Source: Candidatus Lokiarchaeum ossiferum
GTDB lineage: Archaea; Asgardarchaeota; Lokiarchaeia; Sigyniarchaeales; Promethearchaeaceae
DNA: 32,000 nt
Direction: 5' to 3'
NCBI GenBank assembly: GCA_025839675.1
Contig: CP104013.1
Span: forward strand, 1,080,001-1,112,000
Shown here: positions 19,596 to 26,956 of the stretch, piece after piece
Layout: every line of letters begins with the position of its first letter
Numbering within the stretch: position 1 is the first letter of the stretch
Notes under the pieces: model-generated
Seen by the model: the letters and a program-made list of their open reading frames with translations, nothing else
The model's database searches: none
What the model was told of the DNA's origin: nothing
Translations under genes and position numbers: made by a program

Positions 19596-20705
19596 TTAAA
19601 TCAACCATTTTCCGGCTTGATAAATAACTTTTCCATCAACAATTACTTTGGATTTTTCACTTTTCATGTCTTTGAGAATATCCCAATGGATGGCACACTC
19701 AATATTTTCACTTTTCGAGTCAGGGAATCCTTTCCCTAATGCCATATGGAGAGTACCTCCCATTTTTTCATCAAACAGCATACTTTTAGTGAATTTCTTA
19801 ATTCCATAATTCGTTCCGATGGCGAATTCACCGATCTTATTTGCATTTTTTATCTTCAAAATCGAATCCAATAAATCTTGACCTTTTTCTGCTGTACCTT
19901 TTACTACTTTTCCATCTTTGAATTCAAGATAAATGTTTTTGATTTCCTTGCCCTGGTAAATACCCGGATACGTGAAACGAATGTGTCCATTGATTGAATC
20001 TTCAAGTGGACTCGTATACAATTCACCATCAGGCAAATTATTATTGCCACAACAGTTCACCCATGGGCGATCCTTAACTCGAAGTGTTAAATCGGTATCA
20101 TCCCCTAAAACTTGAATGTTTTCGGCTTTATTCAAGATTTCAACTAATCTATCTTGCTCAGCTTTAATTTTTTGCCAAGTACTTGCAGGATCATCATTAT
20201 CTAAGTGTAATGCCCCATATACAAATTCTTTGTAGGATATTAAATCCATGTTGGCTTCTTGGGCGAGACTGTCACAAGGATAAGGTACAATAACCCATCC
20301 AAGTTCCTTCTTTGCAACTCGTTTTTGGAATTTATTCATCATTTCCATATATTCAGGATTTTCAAAAATCTTAGTTTGTTTTTCAGACGGGATTAGTGAC
20401 ATCTTCTTCACATTATTGTCTGCAAGAATGCTAATAAAATGATCGACTACATCCACCCCAATCTTCATAATTGGGTCAACAAATTTTAGTTGTTCAGCAT
20501 TTCCAAGGCGATATTTTGCGACGGATAGGTTTTTGATCAATGATTCCACCACAGGATGACCTCCTGCTTTTAAAACTTCGATATAGATTTCTCGAATTAA
20601 ATCATTCGCAACTTCAGAGCCTTGAATTAAGACTACTTCGCCAGGTTGTACATTTTCCGCATAATTTACGGCCAATTTAGCTAACTTTACATTAAAATCA
20701 TACAT
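19596..20705 (-). CDS. M29 family aminopeptidase (AmpS/PepS/aminopeptidase T type), paralog 1
   Basis: Family motifs NLPDGELYTSPLE, GEFAIGTNY, LFDEKMGGTLHMALG and IHWDILKD. I place the start at M25 of the track ORF (MYDFNVKLAKLAV), which matches the paralog N-termini and has GAGGAAG 8 nt upstream. The upstream 24 codons fall in a pseudogene relic. Confidence 0.9.
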   Translation of the reverse strand: MYDFNVKLAKLAVNYAENVQPGEVVLIQGSEVANDLIREIYIEVLKAGGHPVVESLIKNLSVAKYRLGNAEQLKFVDPIMKIGVDVVDHFISILADNNVKKMSLIPSEKQTKIFENPEYMEMMNKFQKRVAKKELGWVIVPYPCDSLAQEANMDLISYKEFVYGALHLDNDDPASTWQKIKAEQDRLVEILNKAENIQVLGDDTDLTLRVKDRPWVNCCGNNNLPDGELYTSPLEDSINGHIRFTYPGIYQGKEIKNIYLEFKDGKVVKGTAEKGQDLLDSILKIKNANKIGEFAIGTNYGIKKFTKSMLFDEKMGGTLHMALGKGFPDSKSENIECAIHWDILKDMKSEKSKVIVDGKVIYQAGKWLI

Positions 20706-20744
20706 TATTTGTTCTTCCTCTAAATTCTTAAAAAAAAATATAAT

Positions 20745-20835
20745 TTTCAATGAATTCTGTTTCACCAATTTGGACATTTACAATATTCTAACAGCCAACT
20801 GGGAAACTTTTCATTGAAATCAGATGTATTTAATT
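20745..20835 (-). pseudogene. 5' relic of an aminopeptidase-4-like paralog, truncated and split by the IS
   Basis: 20808-20835 matches 28047-28074 at 27 of 28 positions. Homology with indels continues to the shared ttcaatga (20746-20753 vs 27983-27990). The rest of the relic (start-codon region) lies beyond the IS at 22672-22693, where the ATG is lost (gtgaaaaaatta vs gtgaaaaaaatg). Confidence 0.7.
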
Positions 20836-21164
20836 GAGTGAATCGTACTTTTTGTAATTTTCACTTTTTTTAGTAATTTATCACCCATTGGCTTTGAATC
20901 CCCCATTTTATACCACATTTAATTTTGTCGAGCAAAAGTGGACACGTTTTTTAGCATTCACAAAATTTCCCGTTTGCTAGGCCAAATTAGTGGATCTTAA
21001 ATGATCTGATGATGAGCATAAAATCATGCCCAATTTCAAGATTTTAGATAATATAAAAACCAAAACAATTTTATTCTTGTTTTCCTTACACTAATATATT
21101 CAATATCTGGGGTGCATCAGCTATTCTAATATTCAAATATCGACGACGGCCTTCAATATATCAA

Positions 21165-21647
21165 ATGCAGTTACATGATTATATCGGTCTGAAATCAACT
21201 CAAATACTTGAAATGTGGATTCCAAAGACATATCGCTATGTATATAAAAAATTTAAATGGTTTCCATTCAAGCGTCACGCCCGGAAAGCCCCTTCATTGA
21301 TAGTTTCTAAATCCCAAACACGATTAGAGCATTATATATACGGAAATATTGCACATATTCTTCCCAAACGGAAGTACTTCATGCGATTTCGCAATCTTGG
21401 GCAAACAACTTATGATGATTATGCAAAAGGCATACTTCCGCAGTCAGAGTGGGATATGCTCCACACGCTACCAAAATTTTCAGGATATTTCAATCATATC
21501 TTTGAAATGAATGATCTTAGTTACTTTGATAAAATTCAAGATGAATTGGAGATACAGGGAGTTCATTTCAAAGGAATGTTCCTTCATGATATTATCGCAT
21601 TTGAACTACTTCGTCGCCGCTTGGATTCAAAGATTATTCAGGTTTAG
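21165..21647 (+). CDS. transposase N-terminal ORF (ORF A)
   Basis: 160 aa, basic, ending 5 nt before ORF B. ORF B is in the -1 frame relative to it. No catalytic motif; presumed DNA-binding part. Confidence 0.55.
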   Translation: MQLHDYIGLKSTQILEMWIPKTYRYVYKKFKWFPFKRHARKAPSLIVSKSQTRLEHYIYGNIAHILPKRKYFMRFRNLGQTTYDDYAKGILPQSEWDMLHTLPKFSGYFNHIFEMNDLSYFDKIQDELEIQGVHFKGMFLHDIIAFELLRRRLDSKIIQV

Positions 21648-21652
21648 AAAAA

Positions 21653-22654
21653 ATGTCATATTTTATTGGTGATAATCCTTTGAAGGGGATTTTACATGAT
21701 TCTTACTACTTTCCCTCCGCGGATGATATCAGTTATATTATGAATCGTATCCCTCTTTCCCGAGTCATGGATTATTTTCATAACTTAGTTCGTGAAGCTA
21801 TTGATCTTAGGATAATCATTCCTAGAATCATGATTTTTGATGGTCAATTTGTCAGAACGAACTGTAACAACAATAAAAATTCAAAAACAACAAAGTATAA
21901 TGATAGTGATGCTGGATATTATCGTCATTCAGGGAAGAAGCTTGGTGTTGGATTTGTTCATTGGACACTTTATGCGTATTGTGGGAGCTGGAAACGGGCA
22001 CTTCCAATACATTTTGAGACTTTTCCAGGCAATATGAACGATAAACCAGCATCCCGCAAAACCTTTACCGCTTTTAATAATCTTAAAATTGGAGAGTGGA
22101 AGATGGTGATGGGTGATACAGGTACGTATTGTAAGAAAAGTCTGGAATTTTATCAAGATCGGGGCATTTTTCCTTTGCTTCGTGCACCAAAACACCTTAA
22201 AACTCATCCAACTCGGGAATTAAAAAAAGGATTTTGGTTTAATTCCGATTATTTTCCACCTGGATGGACAGAGCAAGACATATTATTAATGTATGCTCAA
22301 CGACCTTTAGTTGAAGCAGGTCAATCTGCAAACCCTACATTTTATAATCAAAAACGATTAAATACTCGTGGATTGAATATGGCCCACCTTCATCGTACCT
22401 TAACATATATACTGGATTTAATGCGAGCAATTACAGCATATAAATTAGGTAGAACTGACTTATTGACGAAATTAAGTGCATTTTCAACTGGAAGGGAGTT
22501 TAAAACAAACTCTATGTGGATTAAACTAGCACGAGATTCAGGTTTTTGTCAACTTCAAGAGATTGCTTTAAATCCACGACAAAAAGCATTTTGGGATAAA
22601 CGTCGGAAGTGGGAAGCAGAATTAAGAAAAAAACGAAAAAACGGTAAATTTTAA
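21653..22654 (+). CDS. DDE transposase catalytic ORF (ORF B)
   Basis: D1 in IMIFDGQFVRT (D63), the DAGYYRHSGKKLGVGFVHWTLY block, D2 in VMGDTGTYCKKSLEFYQDRGIFPLL (D155), and Y-x2-R-x3-E in YAQRPLVEAG (E221). The stop lies 17 nt from the right IS end. Confidence 0.85.
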   Translation: MSYFIGDNPLKGILHDSYYFPSADDISYIMNRIPLSRVMDYFHNLVREAIDLRIIIPRIMIFDGQFVRTNCNNNKNSKTTKYNDSDAGYYRHSGKKLGVGFVHWTLYAYCGSWKRALPIHFETFPGNMNDKPASRKTFTAFNNLKIGEWKMVMGDTGTYCKKSLEFYQDRGIFPLLRAPKHLKTHPTRELKKGFWFNSDYFPPGWTEQDILLMYAQRPLVEAGQSANPTFYNQKRLNTRGLNMAHLHRTLTYILDLMRAITAYKLGRTDLLTKLSAFSTGREFKTNSMWIKLARDSGFCQLQEIALNPRQKAFWDKRRKWEAELRKKRKNGKF

Positions 22655-22671
22655 GTTTTTAAAATTCACTC

Positions 22672-22790
22672 AATTCAGTTTTAATTTTTTCACATTGCAT
22701 AAATGGGATTAAGATATATCTAATGATTAAATAAAGTGTGTATGGTTTAAAAACAGTGTGTATTTATCATAAGTTAAAAAACAATATTGT
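22672..22790 (-). promoter_or_regulatory. duplicated copy of the aminopeptidase-4 promoter/leader module
   Basis: Aligns with 28071-28187. Conserved blocks are aattcagttt, ttttttcacatt, agatatatct, AGTGTGTAT (22735-22743), tttaaaaa and AGTGTGTAT (22755-22763). Confidence 0.6.
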
Positions 22791-22987
22791 AAAAAGGAAG
22801 TTCAATCACTTTTCTCTTTCATTTTATGGGTAGAATTTAAGAGAGAATTGAATTCATCCACCATTTTATTGTAATTTTAGGATTTTTAAGGTAAATTTAG
22901 TTTTAGGTAGACATTCTTAGAATTCTAAAAATTTTGAGAATTTGAGGTAATTGTTTAGAGAAAACAAAACAAAAAAACGAAAAAAGA

Positions 22988-24091
22988 TTAAATCAACCAT
23001 TTTCCGGCTTGATAAATGACTTTTCCATCAGCAATAACTTTAGAATCATCGCTCTTCATTTCTTTCAAAATATCCCAATGGATTGCAGAATCTGCAACGG
23101 AACCAGATTCCAACATACCTTTTCCTAATGCCATGTGAAGAGTTCCGCCAATTTTTTCATCAAAGAGCATATTTTTTGTAAATTTGGAAATGTTATAATT
23201 TGTTCCAATAGCAAATTCCCCAATTCCATCGGCTCCAGGAATTTCAAGAAGAGTTTTTAAAAGTTCTTCACCTTTGTCAGCAGTTGCTTTAACTACTTTC
23301 CCTTCCTTAAATTCGAGGTAGATATTCTCTACTTCTTTTCCCATATAAATACCTGGATAAGTAAAACGAATATGACCATTTAATGAATTTTCGATAGGTC
23401 CAGTAAATACTTCTCCATCGGGAAGATTTTTATGCCCACAACAATTAACCCATTTTCTTCCTTTAACACTTAAGGTTAGATCGGTATCTTCTCCGAGTAC
23501 TTGAATTTTATCGACTTGATCCAAAATTTTAATTAAACGATCCTGCTCTGCTTCAACCTCTTTCCAGTGGGCAACAGGATTTTCCTTAAGAGCAAGAGCA
23601 GAAGCAATAAATTCTTTATAGGCACGAATTCCAAAGCCAGCATCTTGAGCTAAAGCATGACATGGATAAGGGACAATCGTCCACGCGAATTCACCCTTCA
23701 TTTCTCTTTCATCGAGGGTTTTGCGAAAAGCAGTATTTCCTGCAGATCCTTGGGAAATTCGCAATTTAGCTGAATCAATCGTTTCCAATTCTCGAGTATT
23801 GAAATCACCTTGCACAGAAATTAACTTATTATAAGTTTCTCCAATAGTAGTTAGAACTGGATCAAAATATTCAAGTTGCTCATCAGAAGCATAGGTATAG
23901 AACACTTCATTTAAACCATCAATTCGAGTTCTAACAGATGGATGACCCCCTGCTTTTAGAATTTCAATATATAGTTCTTGTATAAAGCTTTCAGCAAAAG
24001 AGGGAGCCATAATTATGACTTTATCCCCCTTCTGAACATTTACAGCGTATTGAACTGCCAATTTTGCGAGTTTATTATCAAAATCAAACAT
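22988..24091 (-). CDS. M29 family aminopeptidase, paralog 2
   Basis: 367 aa with NLPDGEVFTGPIE, GEFAIGTNY, LFDEKIGGTLHMALG and IHWDILKE. T-rich runs follow the stop on the minus strand (22961-22986). Confidence 0.92.
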   Translation of the reverse strand: MFDFDNKLAKLAVQYAVNVQKGDKVIIMAPSFAESFIQELYIEILKAGGHPSVRTRIDGLNEVFYTYASDEQLEYFDPVLTTIGETYNKLISVQGDFNTRELETIDSAKLRISQGSAGNTAFRKTLDEREMKGEFAWTIVPYPCHALAQDAGFGIRAYKEFIASALALKENPVAHWKEVEAEQDRLIKILDQVDKIQVLGEDTDLTLSVKGRKWVNCCGHKNLPDGEVFTGPIENSLNGHIRFTYPGIYMGKEVENIYLEFKEGKVVKATADKGEELLKTLLEIPGADGIGEFAIGTNYNISKFTKNMLFDEKIGGTLHMALGKGMLESGSVADSAIHWDILKEMKSDDSKVIADGKVIYQAGKWLI

Positions 24092-24236
24092 AATTTACCA
24101 CTTTTTAATCTATGTCTCAAAAAAAGATCTTAAGATTAAAAAATAAACATCCTATTTTAGCTTTTCATTTCGAATATTCCATTCCCAAAATTATTATTTT
24201 ATCTTATATTTCCCTTATTCAATTCTTAGACGGTGT

Positions 24237-24941
24237 ATGAACGAAATGAAAACAATCGGATTAATTGGCGGGATGTCATGGGAATCATCTATTGAATATT
24301 ATCGTATTCTTAACGAGCAAATTAAAGAAAAATTGGGAGGATTGCATTCAGCCCAATGTATTTTATCATCGGTGGATTTTGGACCCATTGAGAAATGGAT
24401 GCGAAATGAAGAATGGGATAAAATAACAGATCACTTATGTGAAGTGGCAATCAATTTGGAGAAGGCCGGAGCAAACTTAATCATTATTTGTACAAACACC
24501 ATGCATAAATTACTAGATGCAATTCAGTTGAAGATCCAAATTCCGATCTACCATATTGCTGATGCTGCTGCAGATAAAATCAAGGAGCTAGGGCTGACTA
24601 AGGTGGGTTTATTAGGGACACGTTTTACTATGGAAGGTGATTTCTATAAGAAAAGACTCTTGGATCAGCATCATATTGAGGTGATTGTTCCGAATCCCGA
24701 TGAAAGAAGGGAAGTTGATCATATCATCTTCGAAGAATTAGTTCTTGGTAAAATAACAGATCCCGCTCGAGAAGTGTATAAACAAGTTATACGGAAACTC
24801 CAGAAAAAAGGGGCTCAAGGTATTATTTTAGGATGCACAGAAATACCCCTATTAATCAAACCACAAGATTCACCAATCCCCGTATTTGATACAACGCAAC
24901 TTCATGCCGAATTCGCTGTAAAAAAAGCTTTGGAATTGTAA
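24237..24941 (+). CDS. aspartate/glutamate racemase family protein (Asp racemase / YgeA-like)
   Basis: N-terminal KTIGLIGGMSWESSIEYY and two catalytic-Cys motifs, IIICTNTMH and ILGCTEIPLL. The true start may be the ATG at 24246 (MKTIGLIGG). Confidence 0.9.
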   Translation: MNEMKTIGLIGGMSWESSIEYYRILNEQIKEKLGGLHSAQCILSSVDFGPIEKWMRNEEWDKITDHLCEVAINLEKAGANLIIICTNTMHKLLDAIQLKIQIPIYHIADAAADKIKELGLTKVGLLGTRFTMEGDFYKKRLLDQHHIEVIVPNPDERREVDHIIFEELVLGKITDPAREVYKQVIRKLQKKGAQGIILGCTEIPLLIKPQDSPIPVFDTTQLHAEFAVKKALEL

Positions 24942-24978
24942 GCTATAAATCTTTAGGGGAAAAAGGTTTGTATAATTT

Positions 24979-25326
24979 ATGAAAATTTTGATGGAAAAGG
25001 CATCAGAATCAGTCAGAATTCAATTCAGATTATCCCGATTTCGAAAACTAGTATTTAAATTAGAAGATTTCGAGAATTTTGTTTCCATTTGTGGCAAATT
25101 TTTTGAAAAACCTTCGTTAAAAAAAGAATTGAGAAGTACCGAAATCAAATTCCGTAGAAAAAAGTACTTTCTCTATGAAGAAAAACGCAACAACTATCTT
25201 TCAGGAGTTATTAAAATCCATAAAAAATTGATTACTTGGGCATTTTTGTGTTACATTAAAGAGCAATTAAACGAATTTAGTAGTTCTGATCAAATTAAAA
25301 AAGAAATCGAACAAGATACACATTAA
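24979..25326 (+). CDS. hypothetical basic protein (115 aa)
   Basis: ORF 37 nt downstream of the racemase with a GGGGA purine patch upstream. Lys/Arg-rich. No family recognised. Confidence 0.4.
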   Translation: MKILMEKASESVRIQFRLSRFRKLVFKLEDFENFVSICGKFFEKPSLKKELRSTEIKFRRKKYFLYEEKRNNYLSGVIKIHKKLITWAFLCYIKEQLNEFSSSDQIKKEIEQDTH

Positions 25327-25544
25327 ATTTGTTTTCCATTTTTCCATTTGAAGTATCTTCTACGATGTTTCTACTTTTTTTTAAATATTGATTTTTGCAT
25401 TTCTACTTATATATTTTTGGTGAGAGGATATCAATCAGAATTCCTAATTTATAAGAAAACAAATACCATCAACTTATGGATTTGTAATAATTAGGCACAA
25501 TCATTATACCTTCCATTTATTAGGATAATCGAGATCATGAATAT

Positions 25545-25799
25545 ATGAGTATTTGGAAGAAATTCGGAGGATGTCTCGTTTTAATCCCGATTATTCTTGC
25601 AATAATCCTAACTTTGGCAAATATTGGTAAGGATAATAGTGGATTTTGGATATTGGGAGTAGTTTTCTTGTTAATTCTTGCATGTATTCTTTCTATTCCA
25701 GCAGGACTATTAGTATGGATAGGAGCTCGAAAGGATAAAAAGAAAAAGGAAAAAGAGACAAACGATGAGAAATTCAAGTTCCAAAGTTTTATTGATTGA
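25545..25799 (+). CDS. small membrane protein (84 aa, 2 TM, Lys-rich tail)
   Basis: Two clean hydrophobic helices (CLVLIPIILAIILTLANI and FWILGVVFLLILACILSIPAGLLVWI) followed by KDKKKKEKE. I prefer it over the overlapping antisense ORF 25535..25849. Confidence 0.45.
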   Translation: MSIWKKFGGCLVLIPIILAIILTLANIGKDNSGFWILGVVFLLILACILSIPAGLLVWIGARKDKKKKEKETNDEKFKFQSFID

Positions 25800-25808
25800 A
25801 AAATAGAA

Positions 25809-26918
25809 TCAGATCTTCCATTTGCCATCTTGGTAAATAATTTTTCCATCAGCGATAATTTTGGAATTTTCCCCAGACATATCCTTTAATATATCCCAAT
25901 GAATAGCACATTCTTGATTTTCACTTTTTGTTTCAGGAAACCCCATTCCTAGCGCCATGTGCATCGTTCCACCGATTTTCTCATCAAAAAGCATATTTTT
26001 GGTGAATTTGGTCACTCCATAATTTGTACCAATGGCAAATTCCCCGAGAATATTAGCATTTTCAATTTTTAAAATAGTATCGAGCAGTTCTTGCCCTTTC
26101 TCGGCAGTTGCTTTAATCACTTTACCATCTTTAAACTCCAAATAAATATTTTCGACTTCTTTACCTTGATAAATCCCTGGATATGTGAAACGAATTTTTC
26201 CATTAACCGAATTTTCAATAGGACTTGTGAAAATTTCACCATCAGGCAAATTTTCATGACCGCAACAATTTTCCCAAGGTCTTCCTTTGACGGAAAGAGT
26301 TATATCGGTATCTTCCCCAAGAACTTGAATGTTTTCAACTTTATTCAAGATCTCTACTTTAAGATCTTGTTCTTTTTCTATTTTTCTCCATTCTTCTGCA
26401 GGATCTTCCGCATCTAATTTAAGAGCCTTGTAAACAAATTCCTTATATGATTCAGTATCAGTTTTCGCATCTTGTGCTAAAGCATCACAAGGATATGGAA
26501 CAACAACCCATTTTAATTCTTTCTTTTCCACACGTTCCATATAAGTTTTCATTAACTCAGGAAATTCAGGATTTCGTTGAAATCTATTTTGTTTATCTGG
26601 ATCAATATCGGTCATTTTCATCGTATTATAATCCGCCAGAATTTGAATCCGCGCTTGGAATTTTTGTATTAACATTTTCATTCCAGGCCCAATGTATTGT
26701 AATTGCTCATCATTTCCATATTTCAATGTGGCAACATTAAGTCCCTTAATTGCTGAAATCGGATATGGGTGTCCCCCTGCTTTAATTACTTCAATGCAAA
26801 TTGCTTTGATCAAATCATTGGCCACTTCAGACCCTTCAACAGACACATCGTCTCCCGGTTGAACATCAATTGCATACTTGACGGCCAAACGAGCTAGTTT
26901 TTCATTAAAATCATTCAT
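25809..26918 (-). CDS. M29 family aminopeptidase, paralog 3
   Basis: 369 aa with NLPDGEIFTSPIE, GEFAIGTNY, LFDEKIGGTMHMALG and IHWDILKD. AAGAGGAAAA lies 8 nt upstream of the ATG at 26918. Confidence 0.92.
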   Translation of the reverse strand: MNDFNEKLARLAVKYAIDVQPGDDVSVEGSEVANDLIKAICIEVIKAGGHPYPISAIKGLNVATLKYGNDEQLQYIGPGMKMLIQKFQARIQILADYNTMKMTDIDPDKQNRFQRNPEFPELMKTYMERVEKKELKWVVVPYPCDALAQDAKTDTESYKEFVYKALKLDAEDPAEEWRKIEKEQDLKVEILNKVENIQVLGEDTDITLSVKGRPWENCCGHENLPDGEIFTSPIENSVNGKIRFTYPGIYQGKEVENIYLEFKDGKVIKATAEKGQELLDTILKIENANILGEFAIGTNYGVTKFTKNMLFDEKIGGTMHMALGMGFPETKSENQECAIHWDILKDMSGENSKIIADGKIIYQDGKWKI

Positions 26919-26938
26919 TGTTTAGTTTTCCTCTTAGA

Positions 26939-26956
26939 TTTTTTAAAAAAAAAAAA
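26939..26956 (-). terminator. T12-A6 tract (minus strand) filling the aminopeptidase 4 / 3 spacer
   Basis: A12 (26945-26956) directly abuts the paralog 4 stop (26957-26959), followed by T6 (26939-26944) on the plus strand. Read on the minus strand this is TAA-T12-A6. It could terminate, and its TTTAAAAA part could serve as a TATA-like box 21 nt upstream of the paralog 3 ATG. Confidence 0.4.

Larger units (their letters stand above)
20836..22671 (+). mobile_element. insertion sequence, IS4/IS5-superfamily DDE type, 1836 bp
   Basis: Termini are GAGTGAAT...ATTCACTC (8-bp perfect inverted repeat) flanked by direct AATT copies (20832-20835 and 22672-22675). The uninterrupted paralogous site at 28061-28080 has a single AATT. 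The element carries two transposase ORFs. Confidence 0.85.

Noticed and set aside
20706-20777. N-terminal 24-codon extension of aminopeptidase 1 in the ORF track (MSKLVKQNSLKIIFFFKNLEEEQI)
   Set aside because: This stretch is the out-of-frame relic of the paralog-4-like 5' end plus the spacer. All the paralogs show the homologous M-x-DF-[ND] N-terminal motif (in paralog 4 after a short extension), and a GAGGAAG ribosome-binding motif precedes the internal ATG at 20705.
21645-21655. A6 run (tagAAAAAAtg) as a programmed frameshift site joining the transposase ORFs
   Set aside because: The run lies downstream of the ORF A stop codon, so ribosomes translating ORF A would terminate before reaching it.
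24127-24136. 10-nt palindrome ATCTTAAGAT in the aminopeptidase 2 / racemase divergent spacer
   Set aside because: It is short, AT-rich and does not extend. This is expected by chance in such sequence, and no second copy was seen.
25535-25849. 104-aa minus-strand ORF overlapping the 84-aa plus-strand ORF and the end of aminopeptidase 3
   Set aside because: It overlaps the aminopeptidase 3 C-terminus in another frame and has an irregular composition. The plus-strand alternative gives two clean TM helices and a charged tail.
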